Shown: positions 8,158-18,346 of the stretch, piece by piece
How positions within the stretch are numbered: the first letter of the stretch is position 1
Layout: each line of letters opens with the position of its first letter
Source: Asterionella formosa
Taxonomy: Eukaryota
Assembly: GCA_002256025.1 (NCBI GenBank)
Contig: NKIB01012282.1
Span: 62,001-84,427 of the forward strand
Length of the DNA: 22,427 nt
Direction of reading: 5' to 3'
Translations under genes and position numbers: made by a program
The notes under the pieces: model-generated
Told to the model about the DNA's origin: nothing
What the model saw: the letters and a program-made list of their open reading frames with translations, nothing else
Databases searched by the model: none

Positions 8158-10396
8158 GGCAATCCCCACCCTAGCTATCGCCTTGCTTTTCGATGAGAAC
8201 TGTGGGTGTCTAAGTAATTTTTGGCTTCTTTAAGTAATTTTTTTATTTAGGGGCAATATGGGGCACATTGGATTTTTTGGCAGTCAATTTTAGGTTTGAG
8301 CAGTGGGACCATCGAGCAACGTCAGGAGTAGAGTTTTCATGGGAAAAAGTTTGGACACATCAAAAATGCATGGACCAACGAATATACCGGTACCGGTACA
8401 TGCATGAAAAATAGTTACACAAGAATGATTGGAACAAGCATCGAAAATTCGACACGATGTTGTTAAGCAACCAAAGTATGAAACGGAAATCGAAAGGTAA
8501 GACGTAAAAATGACAAGCAGGGAGTAGAGTAATAAGTGAAAAAGAAAATGGATCAGCGGAAAAATCGTGTGAAATTTTGTCAACGTATATTCATTAACAA
8601 TTGTCAACTCACACTTTTTGTCGTTGCAACGAAATTTCAAAAATTTTCAGATCGGGCCTGGAGGAGCAGAAACCGATGCCTGAATAGATTAAGAAGCAAT
8701 GCTGGTTTCTGAATTGGTTTGGACTTGTGGTTGTGGAGGTGTTGGAGGAGCAACAGCTTGATGGCGGAGGTTTCTTGGTGCTGGCGGCGCAGAATTCTGG
8801 CAGTATCCAGCAGGAGGAGGAGCAGGATGCGTCGAAAATTTACTGGCTGATGTGGGTGTTTGTGAATTGGAAAATTGAGGAGGAAATTTTCGATTAGGTT
8901 TATAGGAAGCAATGGAGTGATATGTTGTTGGTGCTGGCGAGATATGTTGCCCACATTGTTTGCGACCTGGAGACTTTGAAATCTTCTTGCAAGTTTCGAT
9001 AAAAGTGGCTTCCTAGCATTGGGAAACAGGAAAAGAATAATGTTAGTGTGTGTAAATTATACCTCGTACAACAACAATCAACTGGCAACATATTTCACCT
9101 CATTGGACAAGCTGGTTTGACCACTGGATACTGATTTCTTGCATCGTCAGGAAGTGGAGGAGTAACATGATAATAGCCTTCATCAACATTCTGAAGAGGA
9201 AGAAATACGTTTAATAATTAGTATACTTGACCATGGCGGGAACTCAAATATGACAACAACAATCAACAAGCACATACCTGTCTACTCCTCCTTGTTGAAT
9301 ACAAGTTAATGCAGAACACCGGTTCCATCATGTTTCGGCTGCTTTGCAGAGTTTGCGATAGCTCATTGAGATTGACGACTTTTCGTTTGTCATTGTAGAA
9401 GATTATGCAGAAGTAACAAAAGTAATATTGTGATTAGAAAGCAATGAAACAATGCTATTGTAGGGCAGCGGAAAAAAAGCCAACATGTGAGCACTAAAAC
9501 TTGCTGCCGAGATCTGATTTGAGATAGTGTAGGACACGTAGAAAACATACTACAAAATTATGGTTAAAATTTAACGGCTGATCATATCTGACGAAAATAC
9601 CGGTTCCATGGCGAGATGGAAGCCTAACTTTGACCTACCATAACGCTTTGAGTTTTGACACTCAACAACTGATTGAGGTCGATTTTGAACAATCATTAAC
9701 TTATTTATCACCTCATATAAAATCTAGCGAAGGAGTTGACCGGAAAGGCTATCGGAAATCAACAGAAAGGGGAACCGAATTTTGGCGCCACTGTGACGAA
9801 GCAAGCACAATACGACAATATGAATCCCATAAAAAGTCGAATTATCCAACAACCAGCCAGATCCATTTGATAAAGAGTCGATGTTATAGACATCAATGAA
9901 CAGAGTTGTTATACCTCGGAGCATGCTGGATAATAGCAGGGATGTAAATAGAGGAATTGCCATGGACACTTTAAAGAAAACCATCATTTCGTGCCTTCAT
10001 GTAGCTCCTCGTACTCTCGTCCAATTTCGGCAGTCGATTTTCCTTAAGTAAAGGGCAGTCAATTGAGGGGCAATAGATATCATTAATCAAATTCCCTTAA
10101 ATAAACGGCAGTCGATTTCGGCAATAAAATCTAGGGGCCAATGAAAATATTGAAGGTAGTTTGGCAGTCGAAAAACGGAGCATATGAAATATCCAAAATA
10201 TGTTTTATATGATGGGCAATTGCAGGATTGAGTAATCCAAAAACTGTACATATGAAATCTTCAATATATGTTTTATATGATGGGCAATTGGTGAGTTCGT
10301 ATCCAACATACAAAGTACATAAAACAGGTTTTCAATGTTACCAGAAAGGGCAATGTCGTTGCGAAAAGCTTGCCGATAGCTAGTTTGTGAATTGCC
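8158..10396. mobile_element. Non-autonomous or decayed TIR DNA transposon, ~2.24 kb, superfamily unresolved
   Basis: The left end 8158-8192 is GGCAATCCCCACCCTAGCTATCGCCTTGCTTTTCG. The reverse complement of 10362-10396 is GGCAATTCACAAACTAGCTATCGGCAAGCTTTTCG (28/35 identical). GGCA(A/G)T subterminal motifs occur at both ends. A second left end occurs at 21946. No matching target-site duplication is visible. Confidence 0.75.
10181..10290. repeat. 42-bp imperfect direct repeat in the right subterminal region of the TIR element
   Basis: CATATGAAATATCCAAAATATGTTTTATATGATGGGCAATTG (10181-10222) versus CATATGAAATCTTCAATATATGTTTTATATGATGGGCAATTG (10249-10290). Confidence 0.9.
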
Positions 10397-10399
10397 TAG

Positions 10400-10582
10400 G
10401 TAATACCCTACTCGGGAGGAGTCTGCCTACTCGTAATCTTGTGTGCTCGGCTTGGGAGGCCCTCGCAGGGTGACCTTCTCGCAGCGCCGGGGGCGCCACT
10501 CATTCGGTCAACCTACCCGCGCCTCCCAAGCCTCGAACACAAGAATACTCGCAGGGAGTCTCCACCCTCGGTCGCGTATTAC
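10400..10582. repeat. 183-nt GC-rich imperfect palindrome (hairpin), probably a miniature palindromic element
   Basis: It is bounded by GTAATAC...GTATTAC. Paired blocks include TCTTGTGT/ACACAAGA, GGCTTGGGAGGC/GCCTCCCAAGCC, TGACC/GGTCA and GCGCC/GGCGC, with the centre at about 10490. Confidence 0.85.
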
Positions 10583-10757
10583 TGGTACCTTCAGTATCTC
10601 ACCTGAATCAACATCCAAGGATTGTTGAAGTGGTAATAAATAGTCATCAAAAGCTTGCTCATTTTAAATCTTTGACAAATCCCGTCCCCTGCTCATTTCA
10701 ACTTCCACTATGCATCATACAACCTGAACTTAAAAGAGTTCACGCACCACACCTGCC

Positions 10758-11951
10758 ATGGTCCGCTTATCTGTTGCGAAAATTTGCTCTGGTTATCTAC
10801 TGCTTATTGTAACTACCTTTGCTTCCGTGCATTTCCTTCACCAAAACATCGCTCGTCATTGGGACTCTGTAAGCAGCAACTCGGGAAGACATGTCGGGAT
10901 GCCGCTTGAAGTTTCTTCGCTCTCTGCCACCAAAGTACTTTGGATTTGGGATGGTCAACAGAATAGGTCAACTGCTGTTTGCGGAGACGAACCCTTTCAC
11001 GAACTTCCTAGTCCGCCTCGAACTGCGAATCAAGCATTCTTTGGACGAGGTGCAGATGACCTGGCATTTTCCAACCAATCTAACCTGGCTGTATGCAACA
11101 TTGATTGGAACAGACTTGGTCTTCATTTCGACATTCACTTCCCTCACACTATGGAGACAGTCTTTTTATGTTGGTCATGGTGGTGGATGCATCCAATGCA
11201 ACAAAAGGTACTCGAAGTCCCACCTGACTTTGAAGGGAAAATCAAAAAAAGTTCCTTCAACTCTGGATTTTTCGAATGGCTGAGACGAGATGTTATCTTT
11301 ACGCAGCAATCGACGGAATCAATGTCAAGGGTACAAGTCATCCCGCGCCGTGAGGCACGTTGGTTTCACACACCTCCGTACGATGCTCAGGCATTGAGGG
11401 ATAGTGTAGTTGATTACCACTTTCACGGACGAAATATATCTGGTTGCAATGTCCGAGACGAGTCCTTAGTAAGAATAGGAATCTTGAATCGAAAGAAGAC
11501 TCGGGATATTGTAAATATTGTTGAACTCGTGGAGGCACTACAAGTTCTGGTAACCACCAAAATTACCGTTGCTTACTTTGAAAAAGCATCTTTTAAGGAT
11601 CAAGTTGATTTTTTCAGTTCCATTGACATTCTGGTATCTCCTCATGGCGCACAACTCACGGGCGTTATATTTATGCCACGATGCGGGGCATTTTTGGAGT
11701 TGTTTCCAAAAAGCTATTGGATCCCTAATTTCTTCGGGGATATGGCACTAGGTGCAGGTCTGAGGTACAGTTATTTGTACCTTGCCACATCGGACAAGGT
11801 AAAGGACATGGAGGAGTCACAATCCAAGGGCTTTCGATTTAGGGCGCGAGCCCGTGCTGCACACTTTCACGTTCCCGTGGCACGGGTGGTAAGCGAAGTA
11901 TCATGTATGATATCTCAGTGGTCATCCTGTTGCACAGAAAAAGGGCATTAG
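10758..11951 (+). CDS. Glycosyltransferase family 61-like (DUF563) type II membrane protein (397 aa)
   Basis: An N-terminal signal anchor is followed by C-terminal GT61-type motifs: ILNRKKTRDIVN, FEKASFKDQVDFFSSIDILVSPHGAQLT and LELFP. The ORF is intronless. Confidence 0.85.
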   Translation: MVRLSVAKICSGYLLLIVTTFASVHFLHQNIARHWDSVSSNSGRHVGMPLEVSSLSATKVLWIWDGQQNRSTAVCGDEPFHELPSPPRTANQAFFGRGADDLAFSNQSNLAVCNIDWNRLGLHFDIHFPHTMETVFLCWSWWWMHPMQQKVLEVPPDFEGKIKKSSFNSGFFEWLRRDVIFTQQSTESMSRVQVIPRREARWFHTPPYDAQALRDSVVDYHFHGRNISGCNVRDESLVRIGILNRKKTRDIVNIVELVEALQVLVTTKITVAYFEKASFKDQVDFFSSIDILVSPHGAQLTGVIFMPRCGAFLELFPKSYWIPNFFGDMALGAGLRYSYLYLATSDKVKDMEESQSKGFRFRARARAAHFHVPVARVVSEVSCMISQWSSCCTEKGH

Positions 11952-12345
11952 GATGCTCGTCTAAGGGAAATTGAGAATCGGGTGGTAAATCGAACCGTGG
12001 CAATTTAACGGAATCACTTCGGACGATGCTAGTTTAATACGGCAGAAAATCGCACACTAAATTCTGACAGATAAAATGCCAGGTGGCGGCGTAAAGTCAA
12101 CGAGCAGGACATCATACAACAAACTTAATGAATATAGGCTAATCCAGATCCAAACAACCTTTCCGCAAGTATCAATATTCGAAAAAGGCATACACTATTG
12201 CATGCTCATCACAGTATAATCAATTAGAAGGGAACGTACGTCAGTAATCAAATTTGGCTTATCATTTTCCATAACAAGGCAATCCAGATCATATGCAGCT
12301 CCTCCCAAAGGACTAATAACTGGACAGAGGACAAAATGATGACCC

Positions 12346-13778
12346 CTATTTTGCAACTTGCTCAGCAATGGTTAAAGCCCTAGTGAAATCATCAATCAGG
12401 TCGGACACATCTTCCAGTCCAACGCTGATTCGAACAAGCCCAGGGGGGCTAGTGACTCTACCTGGTGGCTCGATACTTGCCCGATGTTCGGCAAGCGTCT
12501 CAGTACCTCCTAGGCTAGTTGCTCGCTGTGCAGTCTGTAGCGCCCCTACAAACGCCATGGCTAGGGCCTCCGAAGGCAGTTCAATGCTCAAAACTCCACC
12601 AAAGCCATTCTTCATTTGTCGTGCAGCAATGTCGTGTTGTGGGTGGGAAATCAATCCAGGATAGTGGACAGTAGTCACTAGAGATTGTTCTGTTAAGAAT
12701 TTTGCCAACGCCAATGCGCTTTGACACGCTCGCTCAGAACGAATATGAAGCGTCCTGAGGCCCCGCATCATTAGCCAAGAATCAAACGGAGCGGCAACGG
12801 CTCCCACATTAGTCTGAACTGTCTTCAGACTTTTACCAATTTCCAGACCTCGCTCAGTCCAAGGAGAGGTAGTCACGACTCCAAGCAATATATCTGAATG
12901 GCCCCCAAGATATTTCGTCCCGGAGTGAAGGACAGCGTCAGCTCCAATCTGCGGATGTATCAGCATAAGGCAAACTACGAATCCTAGAAGAAACCAAGAT
13001 ACAAAATGATGTCAATGCTTCCACTTACCCTCAAAGGTTGAGTTATACAAGGAGGGCATAGGGTCGAATCAACAATGGTTGTGAACTTTGTCGACGAAGT
13101 AGTGCTGAAAGTATCGACAACCTGACAAAGGCGCTCAATATCCAGCACTTGACACATTGGATTGGTCGGACTTTCCATCCATACAATTGCTTGCGGTGTT
13201 GCAATCTCAGCTAGCGCATTCTCCACTGCACTGACGTTGGTCATGTCAACTCGCATCATGGCCACATTGAACCCAGTCAAAACGCTTTCCAACAAAGTTG
13301 GCACGCCATGGTAAAGATGCTGCGGCAGAAGAAGTGTCAGAGGTGCTTGGTGAGCCAAAATAAACATGGACACACCCGCCATGCCCGAAGCAAATGCACA
13401 CGAGACAGCACCAACAGTGGGTCGTTCGTCGTGATGCGTTTCCAGCTCAATCATGGTCTGCTCCAACATCACGCGAGTCGGATTGTCATCTCGCGTGTAT
13501 ATCTTGTCCGTTTCACGATATATTCCATCTGCAGGGCGAGTGTAGGTGGTGGAGAAATGGAGAGGTGGAGACATGGGCGCATTATCGCCGCGAGCAACGC
13601 CAGTGTGAGCCAGGAGGGTGTTCATGGACTTTTTCGGGAGTGTTGCCTCAGAGGCAGACTTATCGAATGCCTGCTGACCGGCTTTTGAAGGATCAGTCGA
13701 GAAAGGCGAAGATGACATTCGGACATAAAATCGTGGACGGGGAGAATGGCAAAGCCTTGACGACAGCAGCGCCATCAT
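12346..13778 (-). CDS. PLP-dependent Cys/Met metabolism enzyme (cystathionine gamma-synthase/lyase or methionine gamma-lyase family; 450 aa, 2 exons)
   Basis: Exon 1 is 13778..13029, the intron is 13028..12949 (GTAAGT...CTGAT...CAG, 80 nt, phase 0) and exon 2 is 12948..12346. Motifs are YTRDDNPT, FASGMA, WMESPTNP, VDST, the PLP lysine in HSGTKYLGGHSD, SLGGTET and RISVGLE. Confidence 0.95.
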
Positions 13779-14209
13779 TTTGTTATGTTTTTCTTCGCCA
13801 TTTGCTCCGCTGGAAAATCATTTGCAATTACTCGACACACGGGAACTCGAGAGTACCTGTTACCTGGTACAGAATAAAGGCACCAGGTACCAGTAGTATT
13901 TAAATGTGTAAACACATGATGTACACTACAAACACACAGTATACTTATTTCTGAATACTGTACTACCGCCAGTTACAGCTACTGCCGGTACGGAACCAGG
14001 GACCTGGTACCGGTACCAGGATATTAACACTGTGTACCGTGTACCATCGTTGGTCACATGCAACCTTATGTGCTCCAAACATTTGTTGATGAAATGGGCC
14101 ATTGAAAATCATTGTAAAAATAATCCCAATCAATTTTGTGTTTTCTTTGCTAAATTAATATTGTTTCATGATGCTGATCGACCAGAGCAATATGAGGGTT
14201 CAATTGCTG

Positions 14210-14780
14210 TCATTTTAATTTTCAACTTCTTCATGATTGCTCTCTCATCGAATCTTGGCAGCATTCTTCCAGACTTAAGCTTTCTCATAGTATGCCTGGA
14301 ATGCTGACAAGATTCGCCAAGAGATGAAGAAGTCGAAAATCACACATCGCAGCAAGCAACTTCATAAGTTTGGAGATTCATCACTCATACATCTATATGT
14401 AGAAAACTTCATCGGCTTTGTTGTCGCTCTGATCACAACGCGGTAAAGCTAGCACAATGAATAATACAGCCTCACCATTCATATTACATCATCACACATG
14501 GGCACCTCTGGAATTGTGAGATCATTGTCCTCCATTTGTCTTGATTGCTCGATTTCTTGTCTTGCAGCATATCACAGGTTTATTGTAGTGTTAAGTTAGT
14601 CGTCTGGAGCCAAGGTAATTGTGCAGACCAGCCATTGTCCCCGATGTGTAAATCAAACAGAGGAGTAACCTTCCAACAGTATGTGACGAGCAGCAGACCA
14701 GATATTATCACACAACTTTGTCCACCAGAATCTCACTCAGTTGTCCCTTTCCATTCCTCGGCATTCTAAAAGATAAGATA
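14210..14780 (-). pseudogene. Possible decayed reading frame of unknown (perhaps transposon) origin
   Basis: One minus frame translates by eye to protein-like sequence (HRGQWLVCTITLAPDD*...ARQEIEQSRQMEDNDLTIPEVPMCDDVI*...AFQAYYEKA*VWKNAAKIR*) interrupted by stops. No recognisable domain. Confidence 0.25.
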
Positions 14781-15227
14781 CATCTAAAATTGCTTGGTCT
14801 GCATGATGCATATGATTTAATAATGATTTTATTTCGTCGGCTGATATACTGCTGCTACCTTTCGACTACATAAAGTGAAAGTTCAATTACGTTTTCGGAC
14901 CGATTTTGGTGTCATTTGGACCAAATTTAGATGTACACATTCATACGTATATTCACACATCGAATTAATTTCGTGAACCGGTAAGGATGCACACATTACC
15001 AGGTGCCAGTAGTACAGGTAAATGAGCTACGTACCAGGTACCTAGAATAATGAAACACCCAACAATGATGCGAATGATAGCATACAGCTAATACATCAAT
15101 GGATTAAGATGCTTAAAATAGAATGTCAACGAGCCTTTCAAAAATGCAATAAGCTTCTAAATTTTCCTTCAAGAACAGAACTTGTCATTCCCGCCTTCGC
15201 TGCTATAAATTGTTAGAAAACAGTCAA

Positions 15228-16316
15228 ATGACCATCATTGGCAACATTCTTGCATTGCCATTTATGGCATTGTTTTTCGCCGTGTGGACGTTGGCCATGG
15301 TGGCTCGCCCTTTTGTAGTGGCGTGTCTCTTGCTGGCACTGAATACACCAACAGCTACCTTGAAAAAGATGTCGCTGACTTTCACAGCGATTCGGTATCT
15401 TATCTTTTGTCATGACAAGAAATGGAAGGCTCCCGTGGAAGATCCAGCGTCGTTCTTCCACGACAATGAAACCTTTGAGACCAAGACCATCATATTTGTG
15501 CGACACGGAGAATCAACATGGAACGACACCTTCAACCGAGGAGACCGAAGCAAGGTACAATTTATCATCAACTTCTTACCCGGTCTTCTCAAATCGATTG
15601 CTTTCGAGTGGTATTTCTTCGTCACTGGGCAAGCGCAAGAAAGTTGGTTTTATGATAGCCCCTTGAGTGAGAAGGGATTGGCCCAGGCCGAAGACGTGTA
15701 CACATTTTTGGGAGAAACCATGGATTACAAGACTCCAAAGGAGCAGCAATTGATCAAGATTATGAATGGAGACTCTCCATCTCAACTTCTTTCGTCAAAT
15801 TTGCGACGAGCGATTTCCACCATGGCGATTGGCTTGCGAGCTCGCTTGAGCAAAAAGACTGAAGGCGACAAAATAATCATCTTATCAGAGTTGCAGGAAA
15901 TATCTCGAAACCCTGATGCTCTCACGATTTTGACGGCTAAAGACTCAACTTTAAAGTGTGCTTGGACAGACCCACCATTTCTCTCAGACATTTTGACCCA
16001 TCAAACCGACACATCCCTCAACCATGGAAACAAACCCATCGACTCGAATGGATTCAAGAGAATACAATCCTTTTGTGATCTCTTATTTAGCGATATCGTC
16101 AATAAGGATGCTGTTGTCGTCGCGGGTCATTCATTGTGGTTTAGATCATTCTTTCAGACCTACCTGCCATACAATTTCGAACACATTGCAAAGAAGAAGA
16201 AATTGATCAATGGGGGATGTGTGGGGCTTGTTCTACAGCGAGTCAAGGCAAAGGAGGGAACATTCAAGTACATGATTGATCCTAAGAGTATTACAGTATT
16301 GCATGGGGGGTTCTAA
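15228..16316 (+). CDS. Histidine phosphatase (phosphoglycerate mutase-like) superfamily protein with hydrophobic N-terminus (362 aa)
   Basis: Motifs FVRHGESTWN, DSPLSEKGLAQA, SSNLRRAIST, LQEISR and VVAGHSLWFR. The first ATG is at 15228. A long hydrophobic N-terminal segment is present. Confidence 0.9.
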   Translation: MTIIGNILALPFMALFFAVWTLAMVARPFVVACLLLALNTPTATLKKMSLTFTAIRYLIFCHDKKWKAPVEDPASFFHDNETFETKTIIFVRHGESTWNDTFNRGDRSKVQFIINFLPGLLKSIAFEWYFFVTGQAQESWFYDSPLSEKGLAQAEDVYTFLGETMDYKTPKEQQLIKIMNGDSPSQLLSSNLRRAISTMAIGLRARLSKKTEGDKIIILSELQEISRNPDALTILTAKDSTLKCAWTDPPFLSDILTHQTDTSLNHGNKPIDSNGFKRIQSFCDLLFSDIVNKDAVVVAGHSLWFRSFFQTYLPYNFEHIAKKKKLINGGCVGLVLQRVKAKEGTFKYMIDPKSITVLHGGF

Positions 16317-16817
16317 GAGTACTGTGACGATTTCTACTACCTGGGTACCTGGATCGATGTTAAATTCGTTTGGAGCACTCCTCATTGGATGACATGCAGC
16401 AGTTCGATGCCAATCGAAATATTCATCTTTGGGGACCAGGCCAATACTGGTTTCTTTCAGCAAAAGTTGTTTCCGAACAAAAAGTTGCAGAATCATATCA
16501 ATAAAAAAATTCTGTTGCAAATCAATTTGTGTCGTTCCATTGCGTAGCTTAATACGTTTCTACCACACGGTCCTCTAACCAACGATGGGATATTAGCAAA
16601 CAAGAAAAGGAATTTCCATCTGCTTTGCCGGCAAAGCAATTGTAAGTTGAATTACTAAAATGTACAAAGGTGGGGTTGTTATCACAAAGCAAAAGCAAAG
16701 ATTTGAGCAGTACTTGGCTAGCATTTTTAGTTTGGTTCCCGGAGGAGGGACATCTTTATTCTTGACGTGCTCCTGCATATAGTAGCGAGCACCCACGCTG
16801 TGCAGCAGTGTTTGCGT

Positions 16818-18346
16818 TCAAAAACCTAACTCACTTGGAACAGTTTTCAGTGCAACACACGAATATTTTGCGTTCTTGTACTTGGCATAGACGCTTTTTA
16901 GTGATGACTCTTCGGCAGACATGTGATAGGTATGCAGCACCTTCACGACATCTTCCAAGTCAAAGACAGTGCACCCCGTGTAAAATTCCAATGTTTTAGT
17001 CCACACGCCATTGGGACTACCGACAGCCGCTTGACTTATCTCAGTTGTGCCCAAGGTAACACGGCACAAGTACACTGCTGCTGCGCACAAAACTGACGGC
17101 TTGACACTTGACAATTCCAAGGGCAATAACGATAGTTCGAGCAAATACAAAGTCAAGTGTCTTGTCAGGTCTGTGACCTTGCCAGAGGCTCGTAAGAATT
17201 CATCCAAAAACATGTGGCTAGTCGTGTACCACAAGCGGAATCGGAGGGAGGAAAATACCGTCATTTCCATGCCAGTAATCTGCTCCTTGGTGTAAGAATT
17301 GTCGGAAATGTAAACAAAGTCTTCGACAGAAGGTGGCTCGACTTCTTCCATTTTGCTGGCCATCCACATACAGGCGCTAAACGAAGTAGATAATGTTAGT
17401 GTGAATTCGACGGCATAAATCATGAACAAAAAAATCATAAAGACACTCACCAACCTAAACATTGCAACATGTCCCGCCCAACAATCAACCTTCCACTTGA
17501 AGCAGTTGAAGTACTCGTTGGACTCTGCGTTAAACTCTCATCGAATACATCTTCATTCGATCCACATTCCAACGCCGCATTAACCAAGGCCACGGCACAA
17601 AATATTGTAGACTCACTTAATTTGTATTCTTCAGTCAATTCAATCAACCAATCAATGAGAATGGCACGCATTTTGGGCGTCAAATGTGGCTGACTCGGCA
17701 TGCATTCCGTCGTCGACGTTGAGGAAACGCTCCCATCGTTGCCCAAGGCTGGACGAGATTCCATATATACGACTCGACGATTGGGTGTCGCAGCCGATTC
17801 GGCCAGGGACGTGGGCGACGATGCATTGCTCGAACTGGTTGGAGCCCGGTTTCCCTTGGTCCCCACTTCGCGTTCTTTCAACAACCGATAATAGTCTTTA
17901 CCATATGCCGCCACATAAGCACGAGTCAAGGAAACAGTAGAGTTGTGATTTTCGTCGGCGTTATATGTATTGTATTTGGTCGAATAAATGTTGACAACGC
18001 CGGCAGGTAGCTTGGGCCGCGACGAAGACGATTTGCTGCTACTACTACTAGACAAAGTGTCCAGTGGTTGAGGCGATGCTCCAATTTCATCGCGTTGCAT
18101 CTTATTCGTGGATGGAGTAACACGATTTCCCACTCTTTTGATGGTTCTAGATGGAGTAGCGACACTCTTTCTGTTGGTCGCATCTGAAAAGGGCCTTGCT
18201 GCAGCTTCTTGCAAAAAGGCGGCAGATAGGTTGGTTGAGGATGAGCTGTTGGATTCACTCCCATCGGCTGGTAATCGAGCGACATTTCGACGTTGTCTTT
18301 TCCATTGTCTTTCTTCCTTCAGATTAGATGCAGGAGTGCGAGGCAT
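16818..18346 (-). CDS. A/B-type mitotic cyclin (484 aa, 2 exons)
   Basis: Exon 1 is 18346..17451, the intron is 17450..17377 (GTGAGT...CTAAC...TAG, 74 nt) and exon 2 is 17376..16818. Splicing restores LQCLGCACMWMASKMEE. Other evidence: MRAILIDWL, FVYISDNSYTKEQITGME, a Cyclin_C domain ending VYAKYKNAKYSCVA, and a disordered N-terminus with the D-box-like RPFSDATN. Confidence 0.93.

Noticed and set aside
8149..10405. Assigning the TIR element to Merlin, Harbinger or MULE
   Set aside because: No 3-bp or 8-9-bp target-site duplication and no transposase motif is visible, so the superfamily cannot be called.
16593..16834. Possible extra cyclin exon via a GTGAGT donor at 16834 and the ORF 16593..16796
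   Set aside because: The nearest CAG acceptor (16798-16800) would give a 37-nt intron, far shorter than the others here. The cyclin domain is already complete at the 16818 stop.
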